Shown here: in pieces, positions 1-13,343 of the stretch | Position numbering within the stretch: the stretch's first letter is position 1 | Layout: each line of letters begins with the position of its first letter | The notes under the pieces: generated by a model | Told to the model about the DNA's origin: nothing | Seen by the model: only the letters and a program-made list of their open reading frames with translations | Database searches by the model: none | NCBI GenBank assembly: GCA_002633005.1 | Contig: NMRA01000129.1 | Location: 214,133-278,132, forward strand | Origin: Phoronis australis | Lineage: Eukaryota; Animalia; Phoronida | Direction: 5' to 3' | Length of the DNA stretch: 64,000 nucleotides | Position numbers and translations under genes: made by a program

Positions 1-781
1 TTAAATTGGCACATGTTGTTTTCGTTGAAGGTATATTTGGGGCATCGGCATTTAAAGTCTCACTTCCATGTCAATATTTCAATTCTATATAGTAAATAAA
101 TCACTCACTGCAGGAAAATAATTGTTATTCGTTGTAGACATCAGAGACGTTATCTACAGTAAAATGTTCAAAAAACAATTGCCCTAACATGTAGTTCTCT
201 GAACACAATCAACGTTTCTAGAAAGGACCTCTGTGTGCTCTGTTCGAACGTAGTGTTCAATCGCCTTCTGCTGTTTTACAAAACCCTTTGCTGTCTCGAG
301 TTGTCACACAATTAGCACTTAAAAATGTGTGAAATGACTTGTTGTTCCAACTGGCCATGGTCAAATATAACATCCTGGAATGAACTTCCAAACAGCAAAT
401 CTTACTGTCTTGTTTACGTTAACCAATGAATGAGAGCCCATAGTCATCAACGTTTTCAAGTTTGAGAACTGAACGTAAAATGTATCGTCAACAGTAAAGT
501 ACACGTACCATTATAACTTGACGTTTCGATGAATTACTCCATCTTCAGTAATGTCACATGACATTTCAATGTTGTACATTTCTGTGAATTGATCCACGCT
601 TGTTGACAAAATAAGTGATAGAGGTCTGAAACGTAATTCTTAATTACTTTTCATTTGTTCCTTAAACAGCTTTTCAGTTGCTGGTGTTGGTGCCATCTAA
701 GTAGACTTCTATTTGAAAATTAGTCAAATAAGTAAAATGTTTTTTTGAACACTTTGTCTTCCGTTGATTTTCGCCAGTTTT

Positions 782-941
782 ACTCCACTTGAAAACGTTA
801 TGGTGATGAACAAAAGCCACGGAGATTTTGGCCCACTCCATTTGAAAACGTTATCGTAATGAACAAAAGCCACGGACACATTTCCCCAGTCTCACTCTGA
901 CTATTTGAAAATGTTATCGTAATGAACAAAAAGCACGGAGA
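782..941. repeat. ~55-60-bp tandem repeat, 3 copies
   Basis: TTGAAAA.GTTAT.GT.ATGAACAAAAG.CACGGA three times. Confidence 0.85.
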
Positions 942-2089
942 GAAAAATATTTCCTTCAAAATCGCCATCATTTCAGTGGAACATTTTTACATTTCGTTGA
1001 AGATGCATTTCAGTAACTTGCCAATTGAGCAGTTCTCTTTTCACGTTGAAACAGCATAGTAGCCACACTACATACAAACAATCATAGGTTACGGAACTTT
1101 GGTAAGGAAATAGTTTGCCAAGTATTTCGTGGCTGAGAATCGAAGTACGAAATCAAGAAAAGCCAAATGAAATTTTGCAGGAATTACTACACAAATTTAC
1201 CAATTCAACTTTCAGAAATGACAAACGACTATTTTACAACAATGCTGCGAAAATAGGAATAAATCATAGTTATTGCAAGGGGGAGGGTCTTTTGGGCATA
1301 ATTAACAATGTCTGAACAAAACCTTGTTGCATGCTTTAAGCGAAGGGTGCGTCTATCTTTGTCGCATTCCAGGCTCAAGTCAATGCGTACAGCCTCGAGT
1401 TATGTTTTTGAAAATCATGATTTTCATGGCTTCATGCTCTTGAAACCAGGAACTTAGAACCTCCAACGTGGTTCCATTCTCCAGTAATCTCATTCTCTTA
1501 CTTTCGAACATGCGGAAGCTAGTTATAGTCACAGGTTCATTTACACTGTCCGAAATTGGTTAGCTGTGTTATGACACTTGCCTCGCCTCTTCACGATTTT
1601 CCGTCCTCCAGATTAACAGCTACATGCCTTGAGAAAGAACCAAATCGCTAACGACGCTCCATCAATCAAAGTATTATTAATAACGCCACATTGAATGATA
1701 CTTCTATTCGCGAATAGCAATGACAATCAGCAGAAGCGGTGTAGGTTCCAGCGCCAGTGTGACCTGGAATATACACTGCAGGTCGCAGGTACCATGTTGT
1801 AATGTCACAGTTTGAATGAATAGGAACTTGGAACCAGAAACCGTGTTCAAGGTTTCACGTTAGAAGTTTGAAGAAAATGAAACTGTATTTAAAATGGCTC
1901 CAGAGGCTAAACCTGCTGGAACCTGCAATAAAATATCAGCGCGTACCACAATGGAACCTGGAACGAAATGCGAACACACGGGTACCAGTTTTCATCATGG
2001 TACTATCGTTGCTGGTGAAAAGGAGCAATAACTCCGAGACGCATTTCATTGGAGCGATTTAGGGATTGATGGAAGCCTACCGAGAATTT

Positions 2090-2488
2090 CCGTAGATAAG
2101 CTCATGGGCGTGTATTCGGAAAATGAAAATTAGCAGGCGTTTTAGTAACAAAACGCGCGGGCGTTTATTCGGCAAAGGAGGGCTTGTAAACGGAAAGTCA
2201 TAGTCTTGCTGACTTTGACAGTTTTTTACTTAAAACTGTGTTTTTAAATTCTATGTTAATAAATGCATGATTCGCCAACACCTTGTTCGCTTTTATATGT
2301 AAATACTTCAAAAAACTAAATTAGTGACAAAAAGTTAACTGGGAGTGGGCTTAAGAGAAAATTTTCCAAATAAACGCCTCACTTGACACCAGAAGTTGTA
2401 GCACTAAATAAAGGTCCACGGGCGTTTATTCGGCATAATTTTCCGAATAAACGCCCATGGGCGTTTCATCGGGTGGGCTTATCTACGG
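2090..2488. mobile_element. MITE, ~400 bp
   Basis: TIR CCGTAGATAAGC / GCTTATCTACGG, with internal GGGCGTTTATTCGG subrepeats. A homologous copy lies at ~53678-54017. Confidence 0.75.
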
Positions 2489-5400
2489 TAAACCCCGGTA
2501 CGAAAAAGCAGATAAAATGGCGATTAATCTAAAATCACACCTAACTGATTTCCAATGGACCTTTTTGAAATGCTGACGAGTAATGTAAATGTTTTCAGTT
2601 CTTATCGAATAGTTATGATTAAACAGAACGAAGCAAACAAGGAGGCAGGTTATCGTAAACGTGTATACCGCAAGAACGCTATTACAAATCACTTTTTGCA
2701 CAAATACAAAATTGCAAGCTTTCTAATTGAAATTCTAATAATCTACTTATCCGTGAAGTCGTGTTTCTGAACTCGAACGACTATTAGTGCCCGTTTTACC
2801 TCCGTTACACCCTGCTGTGTATACATGGACAACTGCATGCGTCACGTCGCTCTCAAGCCTGTTCACAACTCTTAATTTCTGATACAAAATCAACAGAAAA
2901 CATCTGTCGAATTGACATATATCATGTTTACTAGCCAATACAGTTCAAGTTGATATTATAAGACAGACATTAAGGAATAATCGTCGTCTAGCGAATAGGG
3001 GTTTAACACCGAACGTTGGTAACGTTTTGCCACATCCAGGCAAACGACGACCGGTGTAGAATCGTAGAACCTATGTATGCTTTTCTTGCGTTGAAAGCAA
3101 ACGTAAGAAATATTTGGTGATTGGGACTGACAGAGAAGGTCCCTTTGAAAGGTGTGTCATACTGACGATATGCCTACATGTACTTCATCCAGAACGGAAG
3201 GGGTCGAAGACTTACCCCATGAACATTAGGTTACTATTAGTCTCAGCAAATGACATCTTAGATAGATAAATAAATAGATTGTTTATTTTATATGGAACTG
3301 TGTTCATTTGTACACATTACCATACTCCGTAATTAAACAATTGATGGCATTTGGTGAATACAATTGACACCTATTTACACCGTCTGAAGCTTCTGTCGGA
3401 AATCAGACGATTTTATATAACTTACATGTATGTAAGGATAAATTCTTCATAAGGTTGTTATTTTTCGTGGATATGAGCGCTTGTCATGCAAAGTTCCTGG
3501 GTATTTCTGGTTAAAAAGTTGAGGGCCGGATGAAGCAGGTGGGCGGTTCACAAAACCTCCCCTCCCACATTGCTTCGTTATGATCTCTGTAACTTTTTAG
3601 TTTCAGCTTAAACCCACTTTGAGACCATCGTTTTGATATTCTCGTGTTTTCTGTGACTACATACATGTAACTACTAGCTTATTCACAAAAGACGAAGTAC
3701 ATGAATGACTACTGTACATGAATACCCGAAGTTGCACCGTGTAACTTCTTCACAGTTACGGAAAGCTAAAGAAAAGCACTTTATGTACATGTACGTGACT
3801 AAGTCCTTCACAAAGTCACTTGGTGAAGGATGAAGTAACAGGCCAATCCCTGCGTCATAGAAACTTTCCGGAGGAGCTGCTACACCACAGGAGGTTTTAC
3901 GGAAACGTGAGAAAATCCTGGGTTGTGCTCGATTATACTTTTGACTGGATGTGCCGCTTGGAATTAGCGTTACGTACCCCTTTAGAGTGTCGGAAAGATA
4001 TAAACAAAGGGAGAACAATGTAAAGAGGTCCATTTGTTGAGAGTTTTCGTGAAACACTTACCCTTCTGAACTTAGGTCTTCTATTAATATAACGCTATTG
4101 TAGGGCCGGGTTTTAAACTGTACAACTTTAATAACAAGCCTTACCCAAAAATACGAATAAAATTGAATATGTTACACACAAATGGACCCTTTTGTAGAGT
4201 TCTTTATCCACATAAGACGAATCACTTTGTAAGTTATTTAATCGGTAAAAGTACCATTTCGTGGGAAATCTGGTCGTGAAAACCCCACACATCTGAGTGG
4301 AACGTCCCGAATATGTCATCTACGAAAGCCTCTCGGGGGAAACAGGCTAAATGTACAAACATGCCAACAGGGGGTGTTAAATGAAACAGGTAGCTGGTTT
4401 AACAGGAACTGCAATCTAAATGTATTATAAAGCATAAAATAATCTTTTCTTGGTAAATGTACATTTCACCCAGCGTTTTGTCCTTTTTGGGGGGTTGCAT
4501 TTTTGACATCCGGTATGAAGTACATGTAGGTATAGTACTAAGTAAAACGAGACAGAAAATGCACCCGCCGGGAGCATTTTATCGGGAAATCGCCTGTGTG
4601 TTTCTTTGGGGACGCGGTAGCAAAACGCCCTTGTGTTAGATTTTGCTATCACATGACGGGCATTGATAGTTCATTGTAATGAGAAGCTCATTCTAGTGCA
4701 CTACGCGTTCTCAAGTGTTATCGCCAGATACATGTATCTTCAAACAGACTTCCACCTCCATCCTGTGGAGCCCACTGAGGGTTAGCGTGCCCCCGCGTAC
4801 TGTTAATGAGGCGGTGACCACGACGATAATTTAGTCTCATACTAGAGCGATTCCTACATACGACCTTAGTCACAGCATCATCCTTTCTTGACATTTCACA
4901 CATCATCCCTAAAATAATACCATTGAGTCCAGACGACGGATGTCAAAACCAGTTTGCCGACGATTTATAATTTTTCTTCTGTTATTTTTTAATCTCACCT
5001 GTAACAGTTACGTTTGACTCCTGTGTGTGCAGGTATAGTGAAAAAATTGCACAGGTAAGATAGTGATTTAGAACGCAAGTTCTAAGACAAACCAAACTAT
5101 AATAAACCACCCAGAACGGGATACACCCACTTCGTCAGGTTCGTAAAGTGTATCCGAAAATCACTTCCACTCTCGCCTACAGTTGAATGTAAAATTATGA
5201 GACGCAAAAGGAGGAAGAAAAGGGGTGAGAATCGACTAGGCTTCCCAATTTTTTTGGTTTGGTGGGGCTCGGTGTTTTATGCCTTCTCTATAGCTACCTC
5301 TTTCAAATACAACGTAACAGGCTAGTCAACTTAACATACTTGCATACTTCCAAAAAGTAATAACAGTCTTTTAGATTGTACGAAGCGAACTGCGTCCTCA

Positions 5401-6655
5401 CAGCGGGGTGGTGAGGACGAAGGTCAGGCAGGCTGCATCTCTAGGCTTTAGTGGGCAATGTTTACAACTAGGCTCTGAATGAGCCAGCTTCCTCCTGAAA
5501 ATGATACAGTCTAGTGTACGACGACCTAAACGTCAAACGGTCTCAATGAATTGTTCTCCAAGTTGGGAGATTTTTTAGATTTCTGGTTTATCTACTTTTC
5601 ATAAACTAAGAGTGGGAAAATTTCAGTTTGAGTTTGAAACAATCTTCAGACATAATTTATTCATAAGCTCTTCAATACATAAAAGTTCACGGCGTATGGT
5701 TTAGAAACTGGTAACATTTTACCCGATCCCGAAGTGTCAGAAATTGTCATCACTAGTACTGTATTTGTGTAATGTCTTACTCAACTGTTACTAGTACATC
5801 TCAGTCTAATAACTCGAGAACGGTATGTCCTAATGAGAAGGGTGTAATACACTTGAGCAGTCCTAGACGAGATCGACATCTGCTTTAAGAGTCTGATTTG
5901 TGTTGCTTTAGTTGTTCACTCAGAGCTCCGTAACGCAAACTTAAATCCAATGAAATTGCCAGCGACACAGCGTCATCTACGATAAAAAATTACCCCAGCT
6001 ATTTGATGAGCTACGTGTTGTGTGCAAACTATAATTCCACGTCGATCGGTCGTGCCAATAACAGGACAGATGACAATGCATGCTCATGGACCCTGAGACG
6101 ACTACTGCATAGAGGCGTGGGAAGCAAAGGGCCCTACCGCAGCCGTGAGGAAGACCTTCCTTAGTTGTTATTGAACTTCAGTGAGAACGTCAAGCCCGAG
6201 CGAGAATTAGATAACACACTTCTTTTACAGCTCTAGACGAAATTTCGCAAATAAATCTCACAAAAAAAGATCCATTTACGACTCCAAATATCAGAGGAGC
6301 CCCCAAAACGATGCGCAAAGTGAAAATTTGAGAAACGACCTTCCGTGTGCCATCTTGTGTCCGATTTCGACCAAAAAATAATAGACTTCGAGAGTTACAT
6401 GTTGTGCGCAAATTTCGTTAGGATCAGACCAGGTATATGCGACCTGTAGCGTGAGCACAACAAAACCGAAAGGATAACTTCACGAGGAGCAACTTGACAA
6501 GGTTTTATTTGGTCAAGAATGGGATCAGCGACTGATGCTCAACGACAGAACTGCCACAGGAGGACAAGACAAAAAGCCGTCCCCATCGGCAGCGTCTTGT
6601 GCGCGATCGGCGTGGTGAAATCCCGCGAGTATGCTTTATGAACTGAACCTAATCG

Positions 6656-6800
6656 CATGGGCGGCGCACCATAGGGGCTGGGGGGCTACAGCCCCCCACT
6701 TTTTTCAGTGCTACGTCGCACATGGTCTATAGGCAATGCACCACACAGGGGGCTGAAGAGGCTTTAGCCCCCCACTTTTTTTAGTGCTGCGCCGCCCATG
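6656..6800. mobile_element. MITE with 5-bp TSD (hAT5-like)
   Basis: 13-bp TIR CATGGGCGGCGCA / TGCGCCGCCCATG; TSD AATCG at 6651-6655 and 6801-6805; internal GGGGCT...AGCCCCC palindromes. Confidence 0.85.
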
Positions 6801-9331
6801 AATCGAAGATTACTGCATTGTTGATGTTGTGACTGTAAGGGATTCTGTCCAGACATGGCATTTCGTGCCTAAAGAGTACAATTAAATAAAATACCGTCAG
6901 TAATGGTCCATGCATGTGGCTCAAGCAGGAGAAGAGTCAACGTAGGGTTGGGTAAAATTACGTAAAACACTGCGAGTTAATGAGGGCTATTACTATAAGT
7001 GCTGAAAAGCGCGCAATTACCATAATTATGCATTACCATAATTATGCTAGTTACTGACTCTGTTATTAATCATTAGTATTTTAATACCTAGCCGAAAAAG
7101 AGAAATTGACAGTCTGTTCATCTCAAAAAACAAGATGATTAAAGCAGGATTTCGCCTTGTTTCGCTGGCTAAAAGACAAAAACAAATTATTGATTATTTA
7201 CATGCTTCTAACAATGCTAATGAATAGAAGGAACTAAACGACAATTTTAACATAATCTACGCTTAACAAAGTGCAGTTATATTCCTTGACAACTTGAAAA
7301 TGTGAAAACTGAAAAAATGCAAATAGGTGACCTTCGCACCAATGACGTACCACACAGCCCTCATCATGCAGTGTTATTCCACAGCATCACGTCACCGTAC
7401 TTACTGGACATGGTTCAGTGATCATTTTCGTCACGAAACTCTTAAAAACATTTGGCGATTTTCAACCTACTTACTAAACACATCGTTGCTACATGTATAT
7501 CATAGTCTATGATGTATATGTTGTATTTCTAAATAATTTGGCCAAGCAATCATAGAGATAAGTAATTAACGGCATGCTGCAGCCTTCAAAGGATAACAAG
7601 CCAGCCGGTTTTGGCTCATTGAACAGAAACTAAAACGACTTTCCCACCCAGTTCTCTCAAACAAAATAACCCTCTATAACCCTCGAAAATTTCTTGAAAA
7701 CTCCTTTCAAAGTCTAGTGCTAAAACCGGCAAGTGTTACCTACGCTTTTAGGGAATTGCATGGCAACTGTGAGAAAGACTATCCACCAAGGAACATAATT
7801 TCCAATCTGTGACATAGGGAGAATGAGTTTTTAATTAATTCCTGCCTTTAATTTGCCAGATTGACGCCAATAATGCATTAGCAGGTGACTGAAGGAGTAA
7901 TGGTGGATATCACCAAAACAGGGTTTAGTATCATTTTAAGATGACATACAATATGTCTCCAATCATATGCAAAATATATATTACTAATTATTATATAATT
8001 ACATAGTAATCCAGTGAACTAGAGCCACCCCAGACACCTACACAATAGTCGTCAACAGATACAGCACATGCATTAAATGTGGTGAATGTACATATTAATG
8101 CCATTTATTTTTTCAACAAAAGGTGGTTTGAACACAGAGACCAATATACAATATACATTATATACATTACAGAGATGTGAGTAATCACATAACTGCACTT
8201 TGAGAAACATTAAAGTAATGCTTACATAGTTAACAGATGAAATAAAATGAACACAAATTTTATCAAGCTATTACAATATCTATAGGGCTGCAATGCAGAA
8301 TAACTGCCATCAGCAAGAACGTTAATTAGAGTCTTTCAATTACGGACAAAAATAATCGCCAAAATTGTCTTTTTAACTTTTCAAATGTTTCTAACCTTGT
8401 TACTAATGGCAACAATTCCTCAAAATGTCTGATGGTAGCTATGTTGCAAAACTTGAAAATGGCAAAGCAATAATTTGTCTTTTATGAAAAATTGAGAAAA
8501 TATAATTTCACTCGAGTCTTCAATTGGTGAGATTTTACTGTAAACATTTGTAAGAATGCGGAACCAGTAGGACTTGACAGACCCCTTTACATACCCGCAT
8601 TGGGAATCTTAAGAGCATGTTAGGATGCTAAAATTGTTCAATTTGGAGGCAGAAATAATTACTGAAAGAATCACCACTTACTATTTCAAAAGCTCATTGC
8701 TTAGTTATAGATGGTCAGAATCAGGCATTTCTAGATAACAACTACATAAGTTGCATTAACAGCAGGCTGAATTTACTTAAAAAGACTTATTTTAGTTGAC
8801 AAATTTGACATAATGAGCCCAGTACTGAAGAGTCTTAAACAAACTAAGTTTCTGCAATATTTCTGAAACAAAGCACAATTCTACAAGATGATAAAAAAGT
8901 TTGGGTGATTTACATGTTTCTGCCACGTACTAGGTGAACTTTGGATCACTGATGTTGAACGATAATACCGTGGAATCAATTTCTGCAGTTTTCAACAATA
9001 ACTGATTATATTGAGACATGAATTTTAGCACGTTTAGTACGTTTTGAGCATTCAAATCTAAGTAACTTTACTCAAAAGTAACTTGAAAAAATAAATTATT
9101 TCAATCATTGTGTTGAATGTTTATCTGACACAGATAAATGTACTTTGTGTGGTTAAAACCCCTTTTTAGCTTTCGATAACAAAAGGTAAATTCTGATGTG
9201 AAAAATCACAAAGTTTAATACCTTTTTACAAAATAAATACAGCTACACTAATGTATTCCAAATCTAAACCATTTTACACAAAAGTACCTTGAAAAAAAAC
9301 ATTTTTCAGATGTCAAGGAGTGCTGAGATGT

Positions 9332-12300
9332 TTATCTGTCCAAGACCTTGAAGAAGTATTCTACCTACAAAAGTACAAAATGACACTTAATTATCTAACC
9401 CTTGTCAAGTAATTAACAAGTCTATCAAGCTCATTAATGTGAGCTAGGGAAACTAACAAGGCATCACATAGGCGCATTATAAGTTGAACTCTCCTCTATC
9501 ACCGAGGTACAAAGTACATTGCATGTCAAACCTTTTGTTCAAAATTCCAGGCATTTCTGTGTTGATTAACAAAGAAAACATCCATATTAACTGCTATTTG
9601 CCTTTTTCGCCAATTTCTTGGTATCAGCATTTCAACCTGGTAAATGTAAGTTTCCTCGCTTTACCAGTCAGTGACTAGTACATTTTCATGTTGTGTTGCA
9701 TTGTGGGTAAAAAACTTAAAATGAGAGTGGTGTTGTGGTATTTCAAGATGGGCCTATAACCAACTGTAGTTGATACCAATTTACTATGCAGAGAGAAAAA
9801 CCAGGTGGCATCTGTAGAAGTGTAACACTTCATCACAAACAAATATTGACCACAGCGACATTCCACAGACCCCAATACATTACCTTGCACCTAGGGCAAA
9901 AAATCTTCAATTATGGAGTGGAAACAGTGAATTCTACCCTATAATACACAAATTCTATCCCATAATTCAGGAGTTCAACCTCACCAACTAATCACTTCGG
10001 TGGGTGCCATTTTGATAGGATGGGCTATTAACCTCATGAGCATAGTCTCACAGCACACTTCCGTTTCACTTGCGTGCTTTTGCAAGGTTATGCAAGATCT
10101 TGCTTTTCTCACTACCCATACTAATTAAAATACCAACATCAACATCTTGTCAGCAGTGTACATATTTTACATTTTCTGTTTTCCATTTTTTGAAAACCAA
10201 ACAGTAATTGTGCAGAGTCTAACATAGAACCTGAGTGATATAAGCAATCTACCGAACAACTAATCGTAGTTAATCGAGTTTTGCGACCCAGCTTTGACTT
10301 TAAAAGATGATGTGTGCGAGTCTAGGGAATACTCATGTGAACACAAGCAGTGCAAATGAGCAATCATATTAAAGCAGACTAAAAGTTAGGTAATAACAGT
10401 CTACAGCCACAATATGGTTCAACTAACAACCAGTATCTGAACACTAGCTGTTTTACCTGAACTCAGCCGAAGACAGCCATAGCCAATAAAGCAAAGCATT
10501 ATGTTTTGCAGTGAACTTCTCTTTGCGATCATTTTTAAATTCTTAAAAGTTAGGTAGGAGCCATGACCTCATTTCAGAATAATACATAAATTCAAAAATT
10601 GCTAAACTTGGTGTACTACAACAGAAATTACGCCTCAACTGGAAAAAAATGGCTAAAAGTGCATGAATGTGCATTAGTAGGCAAGGGCAAGACAGACATT
10701 CTCTTGTTGATTATTGGGACCGGTGCGTCTTTTGCAAAAGATGAGAATTAGGCACAAATATTTGATCCCATGAAAAGAGCCCAGCAACACAGAAAATTAC
10801 GATGCTATATCTCTTCAATGCATGCACATAAAATCAGTCCCAGGACGTTTAAGTACGGATTAGATTTCCAGGGGATGGTTTGCTTTCCAAAGTGGACTTT
10901 GTGACAAGCCTACGTTTGCATGTTATACAGCTGTTAACCTCCTAAACAGAGTGTGTTGTAATAAGGTTTGACTGTTACTGAAATCTCATATTTTGTTACT
11001 GTGTGTGCATTTTTCATTTTGCTTAGACATATTTCTTTCCAAAAAGTATTTCCAGACGAACCTAGACCTATAAAAGGCCAAACAGGATCACTTTCCAAAG
11101 AAATGCCCTAAGGATTCCATTCACAAAACTCCAATGTTCAAAGTCAATGAACTAAACTAATTACAAATAAAGCAAATTAAGTGCAGTACTTAAAAATGTT
11201 GCGTATAGTACAGCAAAAAACAATTAAGGTCTTTCCATTATTTCAAAGGTGAAACTTTATTCACTCTAAAGCTGCATTTTGTCCTATTTAGCAGTGAGGA
11301 TAAAAAACAAAAATTGAATTTGGCGTTTTACTCGCACAAAATTGGTCTCATAATATTTCTTATGGTAATGGAATTCCATTTCCGTAGCCAACATGAACAT
11401 CAAAACCACCAGAGATTCAAGAAGAAAATGCTTCAGTGTTCATAGGGGATGGCCAGCCCAAAAATTGCAGATTTGAAAATAGCCCACTGACTTGCGTTGC
11501 CATCTCATCAAGATCCAATGAGTTTGGCAATGTTTTCAAACCCCAAAACGCTTCAGTCACGACTTCAACGTTGCAGCTTCCATGTATATCAATGAGAACA
11601 CTTAGATATACATTTGAAGGTGAAATGTTGAAATTATTTAGTGATATATGAGTGTAGAGAAAACCTACATTCACTGCCTCCTTCGCTCACTTACCTCCAA
11701 CAGAGCATCTTCAGGTAAGTCTGTGCAGTGAACAGCGTTCTTTATTTTACTTTCCCCAAACCGAGCTCTCAGTGTTCTTGGCCTTAAATGTCTTGCAATT
11801 TCCTAAAACCAAACAAAAGCCATTTACAAGGTCATCACACCAAACGTCCATCAAAGACAAACCTTAAGTCAAAAACTTAAGACAAACTTAACATCTCTTT
11901 CAGTCTAACATAGACTTGAGACAAATTTAAGTTTCATCGTTCTTCAAATTGACTGAGTATTAAGATTTGTGTTAGCTAAGTCAGTTTTCTTGGAATGACC
12001 CCCTTGGCTGAAATTGATAAAGGCGGACACTTTCTTCAGTAAGTAGAGGAATACAGGTTTCAAAATGAGTCAGGGGACACAGACCAGAAGCAACTGTGTG
12101 TTTTTAGCCTAACAGCTTTTATCAAAATTAAAGTGGAAGTGTATGCCATGTCCTGAGATGTAAATGTACCACCAGATGGCAGTAGAAGTCACCACACCCA
12201 TGTGACCAAGAGACATTGCTTTGCAAAGTGTGGGTCGTGGAAGCACAGAAGCGACACAAAAAGTGTTATTTTAGTAATATTCTAAAACTTGGTGTAACAT

Positions 12301-13303
12301 AAGTGGTGACGTTTGCCAGATACACGATATTGTATATTATTCTAATGCGCCGATAATAGGATTTAAAATAGTAAAATTTTTTCCACAGAACTGTGCTTTT
12401 AATATCATCTATTGGAACTATGTCCCATTTATGATGAACACAACAAAATTGATGCGAGAACAGTTTTAACACTGTCTACATAAATTTCTTGGTAGATCAC
12501 CAGTTTACAGGTAACAGTACTCTCCATAATAGTTCAATTTACAGGTAACAGTACTCTCCATAATAGTTCAATATGCAATAAAATTTAAACTGAGTACATC
12601 ATTCTATAGTCAAATATTCGTCTGAGGGTCACCAACTTACTGATAACATGGATCGATAATAACTGGTGTTCCTAGTATAGTTATACACTAAAAGAATAAA
12701 CAATATGGCATTCTTAGGATCAGCATTTTTTTGTAAATTCTCCGAGTATATCAATACACACGGTTGCTTCATTCTGTAACCAACGTTTGTAGTTTTTAGA
12801 TCATCACTTCATCGATATTTAAAAATCACAAACCATGCTTAATTGTTTTTGCAGCTGTAATGTTTATATTTTTGAAACTTCACCAAATATGAGCAGGCAG
12901 CGATAATTACACTTAATTGGAAAGTGATTTATTCCCCTGGCGACGATATATTGCCACAATTTTGCAAAAGTTGCAAACAAATACTCGATTACTCACTGGG
13001 TCAGCTGGGCCGCACATCTCCCTAAACTTTAAAGGTGCTTCCTGGGCCCTGACCTCTAACACCAGGCATGGTCCAGACACCAGCTCGTCGACCATGGATG
13101 CGTACTCCTGCACAACGCCCTTGTATACTTCCAAGAACTCCTCGGCATTGGCTCGTTCGAGTCTGAACATTTGTACGGCGGATACTTCGAAGCCCGCATC
13201 TTGTATGGCCTGGATAATGCTCCCGTGAATGCCTGCAACAAATGCGTGGTGTCAGCAGGGGTGGGCTAAAACATGGATGATATACACATCCAGGGGCTCA
13301 TCT

Positions 13304-13343
<40 letters not shown>

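Noticed and set aside
3683-4906. Cluster of 60-124-aa ORFs
   Set aside because: No recognisable domain or consistent exon chain; likely decayed repeats or non-coding DNA.
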